Below the pieces are notes generated by a model, which worked only from the letters and a program-made list of their open reading frames with translations, ran no database searches and had not been told where the DNA came from. The position numbers and the translations under genes were made by a program. A DNA stretch of 64,000 nt from Macrostomum lignano. Its lineage: Eukaryota. The first letter of the stretch is position 1. Every line of letters starts with the position of its first letter. The stretch spans positions 62,001 through 126,000 of the forward strand of contig NIVC01000690.1 of NCBI GenBank assembly GCA_002269645.1, in the 5' to 3' direction. Below are positions 51,383-63,699 of this stretch, in pieces.

Positions 51383-51951
51383 GTGAGCTGGCAACATCAC
51401 AGAGCAGAAGACGAGCAGTATTGTAAAACTTGAGGGGTGCATGCACGAGATGCCACAAATGCAGAGAGCCCTGTGAGTGAACCGCTCGCCAAAAAATGTC
51501 TTTCATAGCCCCTCGACTGCGCGAGATTGCAGGGAGACACCCTTCGGACACTCCAACCCCAGCTTGAGCCGCAGGCGCAGACAGCAGGCCATAGCACATT
51601 GCACACACACACACACACACACACACACTGGGGCTGGTTAACTGCCAATAAATTTTCTGGCTTTCTCCTTTTCTCTCTTTCAGGTCTGACCCTCAACAGC
51701 CCCCGCCCTTAGCCCCCAAAGGTCTCATTCTATTTCTCTAGCGAAACTAGCACTACTCACGCATTGGCTGTCCGAGCTGTCTCGCAGGCCAAACGCAAAC
51801 CGAACCGAAACCCCTATTACAGACAGGATCAGTGGAGCAACTTCTGAGAAAGATAAACTCTCAACTAGAAGCAGACACAGCGGCTTTAGTTGAGTCAACT
51901 CAAGCGGCCACGAAAGGAGTCACTACTAGCGCTGCCTGCGGTAAAAAAGTC

Positions 51952-53705
51952 ATGATGCGATCCAGACGAACTTCTGCTGGCGGCGACAACCACAGGAATG
52001 GATATGTAAGTGAAGTCCGCGCTATCGTTCTAAGATTGGTTTAACTGCTTCCTTAATTCTCAAAATACCTGGATCATAAATTCGGAACTTCTAATAGTAA
52101 TATGATTAAAGTAATGGGCAGATGTGCAACCGATAGCTCATCCGCAGCTATTGCGCGGCGCATCTGAAGGCTGCGTACGGCTGTTCAGTCCAAGGACTGG
52201 GGGGTCGCCACACACAGCCTCAATTACCCCAGCTAATGCTGGCACCCATTTTACAGCTGGGTGAACTGAAGCAATGCAGAGTTAAGTGTCTTGCTTAAGC
52301 GAATCTTCTGAAATTTCAATAGATTGGTGATTTTTGATGCGTTTTTAGTTAAGAAAAACAACAACTTGTAGTAGACTTATTTCTGTAATCAAATTGAAAA
52401 ACAACATACATATTAAAACAAACAAACCCGTCACAATCCATCTCGACACAGTCCGGCACACCTGACTTTGAGAACGGCGTCATTGTCAAGCAGCGCAAAG
52501 AGCTGCAGCTGCTGGTCTCGGAGCTGCGAGAACGCGACACGGAGCTCAACGAGTTGGTCAACTCGCACCAGAAGCAGCTCAGCAACTGGGAGGCGGACAG
52601 AAAGAGGCTCATTGTACTGGAAGAGAAGCTCCGACAGAAGGACCAAGAGTTGCAGGAGAAGAACGGCCAGGTGAGCATAGATTAACGCGCAGCTCTTAAC
52701 CATAAAAAACGAGTTTTATTGAACTCTAAAAACATTCGTACATTGCAGCTGAAGTCTGCCATGTCCCGCCTGGAAGAGTCAGTCAAGCAGTCGGAAGAGC
52801 GAGCCCTGCAGGTGCAGGAGCTGCAGAAGCAGCAGGACCGCCTGCAGGACGAGAGCGCCGGCCTGCGTGGCACCTGCGAAGAGCTGGAGGACACAAACTA
52901 CCAGCTGGACCGGAGGCTGCGCGAGACCAGCGCTCAACTCGTCCAGGTGGAGACCCGAGCTGGTCAGCTTGAGCAGGACGTGCACACGGCTGCTCAGAAC
53001 CTGCACCAGCTGCTCCACCGACTCAAAGCCAGCGACGCGTCTCGGAAAGAGCTCCAATCCCAGCAGGAAGAGCAGCGTCAGGAAAATGAGCAACTGCGAG
53101 CTGAGATTCGAAAGCTGGCCGGCGAGAGCCGCGACCTGCTTCGCGTCAACGAGAAACTCCAGCAGCAGACCGAGCAGCTGCAGAAGGACTGCCAGCTCGC
53201 CGCTGAAAGGGAACGACGCAAGGACGAGCTGGTGCAGAGCCAGCGACTCAAGCAGGAGCGGACAGACGCCGAGCTGCAGCAGCTGCGCGGATGTACGAAC
53301 GAATGCAGATGGACTTGGCCGCGCTGACCACCAATCTGGACACGAATCGGGACGGTGCAGCCGGCGGCGGGACTGACGGAGGCGCGCTGCTGGAGGCCGA
53401 CCTGGCCAGGTGGACCGGCGGCAGCTCCCGCGGCGGCGCGAACGGCAACGCGCCTGCAGCAGTCAACGGCAGGCAGCAGCGACCTCCGCCGGCGTCGCTG
53501 CCGCTGTCCAGCAAGCCGCCACTGCGACGCGGCCCGCCGTCGACTGCGGCGTCCGTGGCCTCGTCGACGTTTTCACAGCCTCCCGCATCGTCGCAGCATT
53601 ATCAGCAGCATCATCATCATCAGCATCAGCAGCAACAGCAGCAGCAGCATCAGCCGCCGCCGCCGCCGCCCTATCACGTGGGCAGCGGCCGATTTCTAGG
53701 AAACA

Positions 53706-53737
<32 letters not shown>

Positions 53738-54066
53738 AGCGGCGGCAGATCCGGCGGCTCCCTGCCCGACTTGAGCCCCGGCGCCAACGAGGACTCCGAC
53801 AGGTGGGCCGCCGCCTCCAAACGACTCGGCGGACGCGAATCCTCATCTGGGAGGCTGGTGAGTCAGGCTGGGATTCTTGAGTTTGGCTTCTTATTGAACT
53901 CAAGTGTCTTAGTATTGGGTCACGATTTACCTAATCGCTCGCTTCATTCGCACTGCAGCACAGCGGTCACTATGGCAACGGAAACCTACCGTACTATTCA
54001 TCCTCGCTGGACAAATCAGTGCTCTACTCAAAAGACCTGCGCGACTACGCGTCAGATTTGGCATGA
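51952..54066 (+). CDS. CCDC62: Coiled-coil domain-containing protein 62-like (about 496 aa if repaired); exons 51952-52005, 52452-52670, 52749-53857 (1-nt frameshift at 53289-53290), 53959-54066
   Basis: KQRKELQLLVSELRERDTELNELVNSHQKQLSNWEADR and ERERRKDELV....KQERTDAELQQLR.MYERMQMDL match the N- and C-terminal ends of the vertebrate CCDC62 coiled coil as I recall them. GT-AG phase-0 introns. The start codon is uncertain (the frame is open back to 51823). Confidence 0.8.
52245..52299 (+). mobile_element. CORE-SINE-like fragment in a CCDC62 intron
   Basis: CCCATTTTACAGCTGGGTGAACTGAAGCAATGCAGAGTTAAGTGTCTTGCTTAAG aligns without gaps to the MIR CORE consensus as recalled (CCCATTTTACAGATGAGGAAACTGAGGC...GTTAAGTGACTTGCCCAAG). 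The GC-rich body may extend back to about 52130. Confidence 0.55.
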
Positions 54067-54626
54067 AGCGCACTGCTAATCCCACTGCCGACTGTTCACT
54101 TCAAATCCAATTGGATCAGAATATTTATACAAAACAGTGACAGTTTTGGCGTCAGTTTGAACTATCCGAGGACCCAATTGCATTGACCAAGCGGCTGCGT
54201 CTCTGTGATGATTCGGCTATCTATTTTATACATATTATAACAAAATCTAGCAGTTTTTATATTCCTGTTTATATTCTCTTCAATAGCAAACGCTTGTGAT
54301 TTTGTGTTAAGCATCTGTGCTCTTTTGTTTAAATGCGCTTCACTATACACGGGCCTACGTGTTTAACCTTTTTTGCCCGCACCTAATCAGCATGATGTTA
54401 TTTATATTGTACGCCCTCCACCCCAAGAGCGGGGCTTAGCGAAGCTTAATAAACGCTGCCATCAAGTAAGAAACCAGATCGAATGCAATGTGAACTTTAA
54501 ACACTTGGATGGAGGCACCGCACGAGGGATGAAAGTTGATAAAAAAAGGACTAGGGTTTACTTGGTCGTATTATGTCGGTCTGAGAATGACCCTCTGAGG
54601 CTGCCAGTATCAGTCTAACATATTCG

Positions 54627-55160
54627 ATCGATAATTTTGGTCTCTCTCTTCACCCACCCCAAAAGATCGATAATTTGGTATTTCACCTCCCCTACCCCAA
54701 AAAGATCGATAATTCTGGTCTCTCTCTTCACCCACCCCAAAAAAATCGATAATTCTGGTCTCTCTCTTCACCCACCCCAAAAAGATCGATAATTCTGGTC
54801 TCTCTCTTCACCCACCCCAAAAAAATCGATAATTCTGGTCTCTCTCTTCACCCACCCCAAAAAGATCGATAATTCTGGTCTCTCTCTTCACCCACCCCAA
54901 AAAGATCGATAATTCTGGTCTCTCTCTTCACCCACCCCAAAAAGATCGATAATTCTGGTCTCTCTCCACACCAACCCCAAAAAGATCGATAATTCTGGTC
55001 TCTCTCCACACCAACCCCAAAAAGATCGATAATTCTGGTCTCTCTCCACACCCACCCCAAAAAGTTAGATAATTCTGGTCTCTCCTCCCCTACCCCAAAA
55101 AGATCGATAATTTTATTTTCTCTCCTCAACCACCCAAAGAGATCGATAATTCTGGTCTCT
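54627..55160. repeat. 40-bp minisatellite (AAAGATCGATAATTCTGGTCTCTCTCTTCACCCACCCCAA)
   Basis: Tandem array. Confidence 0.92.
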
Positions 55161-55506
55161 CCGGACCGTTAAGATATTCCACAACTTTACCAGAAGGTCG
55201 GATTTATCCCAAAAGGGCCAGTCTATTAGCCCGTGGGTGATACTTCATCTCCTGATGCAGGTGAAACACTAACATTACACCAGGTGTCAATTATGATGAT
55301 GTCAAGATTTATCGAAGCAGTAAACATCGATGAAGCTACAGCCTCGACTTATGCTCGCTAATAATCCAAAATTGTAGAAAAAGCCAGTCAAGACAGAGTC
55401 ACTAAGCCACAGAAATCGCAGATCGCCAGAAATCAAATGCCAGCAGACAAGGCCTCACAAACTGCTGAAATTTTTGTTGCGATTCAAAACCGATGACATT
55501 TATTTC

Positions 55507-55825
<319 letters not shown>

Positions 55826-56714
55826 GACTCTGTCTCTTTAATTGCATAAGCTTGATTCTAAGGATAAGTTGGAAGCTTATCAGTAAACAAGGGTCGCGAT
55901 TAGGGGCAATTTTTATAAACTAGACTAGTTCGCTACGATATAATATGAAAATTCGACTCAGAAGTTCATTGAAAAGCATTTACGAGTACATGAGTGGAAC
56001 TGCGGGACACGAAAGAGTCGTGAGAGCACATCAAGTAAGTTTCAGATCGAGTTGAAGAGGAAAACATGACAGGCCCGCCCACTCAATGGGAGTGCACTAA
56101 CGCGCTCTCATTTCTCCATTGACTATTTTTAGCCATCCAAATCTTTCACATTGACTCCCAGTAAAGCATTAAATATAGAAATCCGGGTTGTATCTAATTA
56201 GGAAAATATCTCAGTTGAGTACGAAGTCAAAAAATTGTTAAAGCTTTGAAATTTATAAAAATATATATTTTTTAAAATTCTTGTATTGTAGAAATTTTCT
56301 AGACATTCCTATAGTCTCACGTAGGATTCCACACCAACGAATACTTCAGTATTTATCGCCATGAGGAGGAATCCTGAGGGAGTTAGTCTCTAAGGCACCG
56401 CCTACGATATCTTTTTAATCAAATGCTTAACTTCTCCGGCTGGCTAAATCAGACTAATTATGCACGTTTGAGTTCGTGTTTTTTTCATAGTATTTGTAGT
56501 AGTAGGGAATTACAACGCAATAATTTTATAGTGAAAAAATATTTTTCACGTATTTTTTATTATCAATTTTTTTGCTTGGGTGAGAAATCGTGCGCTTTAT
56601 AAGGAAAGTCGTTCTCTTGACTTTGAAGACATTTTTGGCACGATTAACCATATTATTCGCCAGTGACATGAATGAAATGAATTACATTGTCGCTAGTAAA
56701 TAAATATTTTCGCC

Positions 56715-57385
56715 ATTTGCATGAACCTTGGCGCCATTTGCATGAACCTTGGCGCTATTTACATGAATCTTGGCCCTAATTACATGAATCTTGGCCCTAA
56801 TTAAATGAATCTTGGCGCTATTTACATGAATCTTGACGCTATTTACATGAATCTTGGCGCTATTTACATGAATCTTGACGCTATTTACATGAATCTTGGC
56901 CCTAATTACATGAATCTTGGTGCTATTTACATGAATCTTGGCCCTAATTACATGAATCTTGGCCCTAATTACATGAATCTTGGTGCTAATTACATAAATC
57001 TTGGCGCTATTTACATGAATCTTGGCGCTATTTACATGAATCTTGGCCCTAATTACATGAATCTTGGTGCTATTTACATGAATCTTGGCCCTAATTACAT
57101 GAATCTTGGCCCTAATTACATGAATCTTGGTGCTAATTACATAAATCTTGGCGCTATTTACATGAATCTTGGCGCTATTTACATGAATCTTGGCGCTAAT
57201 TACATGAATCTTGGCGCTATTTACATAAATCTTGGCGCTATTTACATAAATCTTGGCGCTAATTACATAAATCTTGGCGCTATTTACATAAATCTTGGCG
57301 CTATTTACATGAACCTCGACGCATGCAATTAATATGAATCTTGTAGCTATTGTATTTACATGAATCTTGGTGCTAATTACATGAA
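56715..57385. repeat. 21-bp minisatellite (ATTTACATGAATCTTGGCGCT)
   Basis: Tandem array; source of the 7-aa-period ORFs. Confidence 0.93.
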
Positions 57386-57869
57386 TCTTAGTTACATAAT
57401 TAGTGGCGCCATTGAAACAGAAAAAGCTAGAAACAAGCAATTTAGGCGACTTGCAGTTAACAAATATATATTTATCTAAGCTAAAAATCGGGGCACAGAA
57501 ACTTTATAAATAACAAGCGTCAGCAGCTGTTTTTGTCTAGAAGCCATAGCACTGAGGCCGCTTATTATATTTCAGGTCTTGTTTTTTATTTTGAGGTGAG
57601 AACTTAGACTTAGCTGAGCGACAGAGCCGACAGGTGAAATTCTCAAGAATTTTGATTGGGTAATTAAAATGGCTAATAGTAGCTCGTAGGAAATGATTTT
57701 TACTCGCTCATATTTAGGTCACTTTTACCTGTACAAGCCCAAAAATTCACATTTTTCAAAAGCCGAATTCATTTTCTTCACAAACTCGAAAGTTTTAGGT
57801 AGTAAGATACCTAGCGGCTGTTTTCACTGTACCATTTTTAGTTCGAAACTTAACGTCATCGATAAGGGA

Positions 57870-58322
57870 GACGAGAGAGAGAGAGAGGGGGGAGAGAGGG
57901 AGAGAGGGAGAGGGAAAGAGCGAGAGACAGAGATTGGAGAAGGGAGAGGGGAGAGGGGAGAGGGAGAGGGGAGAGGGGAGAGGGGAGAGGGGAGAGGGAG
58001 AGGGGAGAGGGGAGAGAGGGGAGATGGGAGAGAGGGAGAGATGGGAGAAGGGAGAGGGGAGAGGTGAGAGGTGAGAGGTGAGAGGTGAGAGGTGAGAGGT
58101 GAGAGGGGAGAGGGGAGAGAGAGAGATGGGAGAAGGGAGAGGTGAGAGGGGAGAGGGGAGAGGGGAGAGGTGAGACGGGAGAGGTGAGAGGGGAGAGGTG
58201 AGAGGGGAGAGGGTAGAGGGGAGAGGGAGAGGGGAGAGGGGAGAGGGGAGAGGGGAGAGGGGAGAGGGGAGAGGGGAGAGGGAGAGAGGGAGGGAGAGAG
58301 GAAGAGAGAGAGAGAGGGGGAA
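57870..58322. repeat. GA-rich low-complexity tract
   Basis: Read directly from the sequence. Confidence 0.9.
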
Positions 58323-58911
58323 GGTGAAATACAGAGACAGAGGAAGATTGGCATCCCATTCAAGGCAAAATCATCATCACTAACATCAATACCATTGAGC
58401 ATCATACGTGAGGGGAGGTCTCGTTAAAAACACATTAGCAGGAGCCTTAGACGTCGCTCAAAACATTTTAATCTTTCAGATGAATTTAGCTTTGAGCTTT
58501 TTTATACGGCCGCAGAGCTTCGGCGTCAAAATCAAAACCGTTAGTCGCTTTGATCTGCAAACACGCTCGTTGGGGCGTCAATATTTTTTGGCATTGAAAA
58601 GTCATTAAAGGCCAGCGTGTGTAGGGGAGCAGATTGCATTGCTTTTTAGCTAGCGAGAATCGGCTACTATAGCAAGAGAATTCAACTAATGAGCTATCAA
58701 ACAAAAGGAAATAATTATTAGAAAAATTTCTGCATTCTCTTTATCCTGCCGGAAGCTATTTTGTTATGGTTTTTGATGGCCAAAACATAAACTCGCTTTT
58801 TATAGACATCAGGGATGGATTGAATGAATATTTAAAATCTGTTTTTATTCATTATTTCATTACATTAGTCATCGGGTTAAAAAATGGTAAATTTGCATGA
58901 GAACATGGTTG

Positions 58912-60290
58912 CGTGTCTGTGGCACATGGGGTGTCTCTGGCAATGGGGTGTCTCTGGCAATGGGGTGTCTGTGGAAATGGGGTGTCTGTGGCAATGGGGT
59001 GTCTGTGGCAATGGGGTGTCTGTGGAAATGGGGTGTCTGTGGAAATGGGGTGTCTGTGGCACATGGGGTGTCTGTGGCAATGGGGTGTCTGTGGAAATGG
59101 GGTGTCTGTGGCAATGGGGTGTCTGTGGAAATGGGGTGTCTGTGGCAATGGGGTGTCTGTGGCACATGGGGTGTCTGTGGCAATGGGGTGTCTGTGGCAA
59201 TGGGGTGTCTGTGGCAATGGGGTGTCTGTGGCAATGGGGTGTCTGTGGCAATGGGGTGTCTGTGGCACATGGGGTGTCTGTGGCAATGGGGTGTCTGTGG
59301 AAATGGGGTGTCTGTGGCAATGGGGTGTCTGTGGTACATGGGGTGTCTGTGGTACATGGGGTATCTGTGGCAATGGGGCGTCAGTGGAAATGGGGTGTCT
59401 GTGGCACATGGGGTTGTCTGTGGTACATGGGGTGTCTGTGGTACATGGGGTATCTGTGGCAATGGGGCGTCAGTGGAAATGGGGTGTCTGTGGCACATGG
59501 GGTTGTCTGTGGTACATGGGGTGTCTGTGGTACATGGGGTATCTGTGGCAATGGGGCGTCAGTGGAAATGGGGTGTCTGTGGCACATGGGGTGTCTGTGG
59601 TACATGGGGTGTCTGTGGTACATGGGGTGTCTGTGGCAATGGGGTGTCTGTGGCAATGGGGTGTCTGTGGCAATGGGGCGTCTGTGGAAATGGGGTGTCT
59701 GTGGCAATGGGGTGTCTGTGGTACATGGGGTGTCTGTGGCAATGGGGTGTCTGTGGCAATGGGGTGTCTGTGGCAATGGGGTGTCTGTGGCACATGGGGT
59801 GTCTGTGGTACATGGGGTGTCTGTGGTACATGGGGTATCTGTGGCAATGGGGCGACAGTGGAAATTGGGTGTCTGTGGCACATGGGGTGTCTGTGGTACA
59901 TGGGGTGTCTGTGGTACATGGGGTGTCTGTGGCAATGGGGTGTCTGTGGCAATGGGGTGTCTGTGGCAATGGGGCGTCAGTGGCACATGGGGTGTCTGTG
60001 GCACATGGGGTGTCTGTGGTACATGGGGTGTCTGTGGTACATGGGGTGTCTGTGGCAATGGGGTGTCTGTGGCAATGGGGTGTCTGTGGCAATGGGGTGT
60101 CTGTGGCAATGGGGCGTCAGTGGCACATGGGGTATCTGTGGCAATGGGGTGTCTGTGGCAATGGAGTGTCTGTGGCAATGGAGTGTCTGTGGCAATGGGG
60201 TGTCTGTGGCAATGGGGTGTCTGTGGCAATGGGGTGTCTGTGGCAATGGGGTGTCTGTGGCAGATGGGGTGTCTGTGGCAGATGGGGTGT
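58912..60290. repeat. 17/18-bp G-rich minisatellite (GGGGTGTCTGTGGCAAT / GGGGTGTCTGTGGYACAT)
   Basis: Tandem array of interleaved variants with a G4 run in each unit. Confidence 0.95.
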
Positions 60291-60494
60291 CCAGAACAAA
60301 ATCCAGAAATCCAGAGAGTCAAATTAATTCAGAATCTCGCTAAGAGTTAATTCGAAACTCTGATTCACGAGTTTGACATTCGTTTCGTGAGGTCTCTCTA
60401 ATTATCCTCGTGCATGCTGCGTCAAAGGGAATTCCGTTTATTGAGCTCGGGATTAGTGAAAATTTGAAGATGCTTCTTTCAGTAATCTCTGTCC

Positions 60495-60545
<51 letters not shown>

Positions 60546-60566
60546 AATCTATCTATCTATCAATCT
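60495..60566. repeat. (TCTA)n microsatellite
   Basis: Read directly from the sequence. Confidence 0.9.
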
Positions 60567-61077
60567 AAGTTAACGATGAGATTGGGTAGCCATGCGGCTG
60601 TTTACAAGCATTTAATCTTTTTCCGTTCCTGACAACTCAAATTATTATTTTCCGTGCTCACGCACTGTAGCAGAGTCAGTAAAGTCAAGCGCCTATTAAA
60701 GGATTAGTCAGAGAAATAAGATCATGAGGGGACGCGGGTTGCGGGCGGTGAAGATTCAAACATTCGAGCTTCCGTGACAGCTCGATTTATTAAATTCCAG
60801 TTTCAGAAATGATTTCTTAAAGCCAGGCCAGATTAGTGAAATTTGAGCCGCATTGACAGGCAGTTGGATTCTTCGGTTTTGAAGACACCAATAGGACAAA
60901 TCCAAGCTGGATCGCTTCTGATTGGTCAGCCCAGAGCTGCAGCCAATCGCAGATGGCCAGACAAGTTATTTCGGGGGGGGATTTTTTAGATTTCAATCCA
61001 GGGGGGATAAAAATGGAAAAAAACCGGCGCAGATTAAACTACTGCCCTTGAGAGCCAGAACCTGAGTCTGGCCAACA

Positions 61078-62481
61078 ATGAATCCGGACTCCAATGCAAC
61101 AGACGGTAACGTCACTGATGGCAGGCCTGGCACTTTTGCATCGGTCCTGAGTCCGCTGCACATCCAGGTGATCTTGGGCTTGTGCTACGCCTCCATGGCC
61201 CTGCTAATTGCCTGCCTGTGGCTGTTGAGTCGCCGACCATTTGTCAGGTACCGGCTGAGCTGCCTGTTGTTGGTTCGCTGGAACTGCGCGGCAGACTTGG
61301 CCTGCCTGCTCAACAAGACCTGCTTTGCGTTGTTGGACCGGCCGGAAATGCTGGAAAATGCCGGGCAGCACGTGGCCGCCTGGGTGTGCAAGCTGTACCA
61401 CTTCAGCGACAATGCGACCTTGACCCTGCAGGTGTGGGCGCTCACCCTGTTCGCTATGGAACGGGCGGCGATGTGCCTTCGACTGAAATTTGCGCTGAAA
61501 CATTTCAACGCTTTCCGCCTGAAAATTGGCGTCACCGTAGCCGGGATTGTTGGTGTCGCTGCGCATCTCAACTACCTGTGGATGTTTAGCATTGTTGGCG
61601 GCATCGACGGCCGGAGCAATCGCGGAGGCGGACGCGAAGACGCCACCGACAGCTCCGGAGATTTGTCGGGTGAGTCGCGGGCCGAACTGATCTGCAGCAT
61701 CCTGCCCGAGTTCCACTCCGTGTACAGCGTTGCCGTGATGCTTGAAGTCTTCGTCAATATTTATGGTCCAATTCTGATCTGCGCTGCTTCCATAGCGGCC
61801 GTACTGGTTAGTTGGCTCTGCGGCAGAGCGGAGCAGCTCAGTCCGAATGGTGGCAGCTTGCCCGGATCCGCTCGCGAGTGCCAGCACCAGCAGCACCAGC
61901 AGCACCAGCAGCACCAGCAGCACCAGCAGCACCAGCAGCACCAGCAGCACCAGCAGCACCAGCAGCACCAGCAGCACCAGCAGCACCAGCAGCACCAGCA
62001 GCAGTTCAGGCGCGGCCGGGCCAGCAACAGTCTAAACGGAGCGACGCCCGATGGTCGACCGACTGAGCTGGCAACGTTTCAAAGCGCCGAGTTGGTGAAC
62101 ATCAGCGCCAGAGTCTTGTTTCTAGCCTTGGCCTTGATCTGCTATCCGCCACTGGCAGTGACCGGCCTGTTCAAAGCCCACACCGTCCACAGCCGTTCCG
62201 AGCTGTCTCAGAGTCTCTACCCGATTCTCTACTACATTCTGCAGCCGATCAAAAACATTCTGAGCGCTCTGTTTCACTTTGCATTCGTTGCCTACTTGCT
62301 GGTGGCGCACAGGAACTCAGCTTGTCGACGCATTCTGGGGCGCAAGTACGCCGCAGTGCGCCTTCAGGCATCGGGCGACCAGTTGGAGCTTCAAGAACGC
62401 AACGAAGGAGAAAGCGGCCATGAGCTGTCCGAACAGCAGCAGGCGGCTGTTCCAATGAAACGACTTGAAAATTGTACCTAA
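61078..62481 (+). CDS. Intronless rhodopsin-like (class A) GPCR, orphan, probably peptide-receptor type, 467 aa
   Basis: N-glycosylation sequons NAT and NVT in the N-terminus; seven hydrophobic segments; AADL in TM2; WVCKLY at ECL1/TM3; AMERAA as the DRY equivalent; ECL2 Cys (LICSI); YGP in TM5; CYPP in TM6; (HQQ)13 in ICL3. Confidence 0.85.
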   Translation: MNPDSNATDGNVTDGRPGTFASVLSPLHIQVILGLCYASMALLIACLWLLSRRPFVRYRLSCLLLVRWNCAADLACLLNKTCFALLDRPEMLENAGQHVAAWVCKLYHFSDNATLTLQVWALTLFAMERAAMCLRLKFALKHFNAFRLKIGVTVAGIVGVAAHLNYLWMFSIVGGIDGRSNRGGGREDATDSSGDLSGESRAELICSILPEFHSVYSVAVMLEVFVNIYGPILICAASIAAVLVSWLCGRAEQLSPNGGSLPGSARECQHQQHQQHQQHQQHQQHQQHQQHQQHQQHQQHQQHQQHQQQFRRGRASNSLNGATPDGRPTELATFQSAELVNISARVLFLALALICYPPLAVTGLFKAHTVHSRSELSQSLYPILYYILQPIKNILSALFHFAFVAYLLVAHRNSACRRILGRKYAAVRLQASGDQLELQERNEGESGHELSEQQQAAVPMKRLENCT

Positions 62482-62569
62482 AATATTGTAGCATTGTCAC
62501 ACTGTTGTTAAATCGATTGTGTTGTAGTGTATTTTCTTTTGTACAACTTTTGTTGCATGCCAGAACATT

Positions 62570-63017
62570 GGGGAGAGAAGGGAGAGAGGGGAGAAGGGGA
62601 GGGAAGGGAGAGGGGGGAGAGGGGAAGAGAAGAAGGGAGAGATGAGAGAGAGAGAGAGGAGAGAGAGAAGGGAGAGAAGGGAGAGAAGGGAGAGGAGAGA
62701 GAGGAGAGAGAAGGGAGGAAGGGAGAGAAGGGAGAGGGGAAAGAAGGGAGAGGGGAAGAGAAGAAGGGAAAGATAAGAGAGAGAGAGAGAGAGAGGGGAG
62801 AGAGAAGGGAGGAAGGGAGAGGGGAGAGAAGGGAGAGGGGAAGAGAAGAAGGGAAAGATAAGAGAGAGAGAGAGAGAGGAGAGAGAAGGGAGGAAGGGAG
62901 AGGGGAGAGAAGGGAGAGGGGAAGAGAAGAAGGGAAAGATGAGAGAGAGAGGAGAGAGAAGGGAGGAAGGGAGAGAAGGGAGAGGAGAGAGAAGGGAGAG
63001 GGGAAGAGAAGGGAAAG

Positions 63018-63101
<84 letters not shown>

Positions 63102-63130
63102 GAGAGAGAAGGAAGGGAGAGGAGAGAGAG
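62570..63130. repeat. GA-rich low-complexity / (GA)n tract
   Basis: Read directly from the sequence. Confidence 0.9.
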
Positions 63131-63699
63131 AGAATAAAAGCCTGCAACCGCAGACCTCTAAAAAGATTTATACAAGCGTCGTATTATTGATATTATTCAA
63201 ATTGATAATTTTGCCACATTTTTCGATGTTATGCAAAATATTTATCCACATAATACTTTAGCCAATAGGGTATGTATTTTTTGTGTAGACGCGTAAAGTA
63301 AAGGTTAAACCGTCCCTCGGTGTTTGACTGATTTGCAGTGGGCGAACAAATCACTTTGCTACACAGCAGCTGCTGTTTTCAATGTCTGAATTGATTGATT
63401 GGGTGTTAGTATTTTATACCGATTGACACGATGGCAATGCAAAGCTCTGACAAACACATATTTATTGGATTTGTCTGCGCAGTTTGAGTCAAACGCATTA
63501 TGACTGCAGTCAGGAGAGGGAAGAAACAAATATACTCGTAGGAAATTTTACTCCAATAGGTTTTGCGTTATTCTAAAATAGTTTTGTACAATTTTCTTTA
63601 ACATTGAGTAGGTAATTCATCACGCTACAAGATTAAGGAGTCATTGAGTGAGACTGTGCATGCAGAAGTGCAGGTAAGTTGTTGAGATGAAGAAAACGT

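Noticed and set aside
55240-55275. CTGATGCAGGTGAAAC, hammerhead-like
   Set aside because: It departs from the CUGANGA core and has no convincing flanking helices.
58852-60350. Multiple 150-490-aa ORFs on both strands; likewise the ORFs at 1.5-2.6, 8.4-11.8, 15.4-16.8, 20.5-21.9, 29.8-30.8, 35.7-37.7, 47.6-48.3, 55.5-58.4 and 62.5-63.2 kb
   Set aside because: All are translations of tandem or low-complexity repeats.
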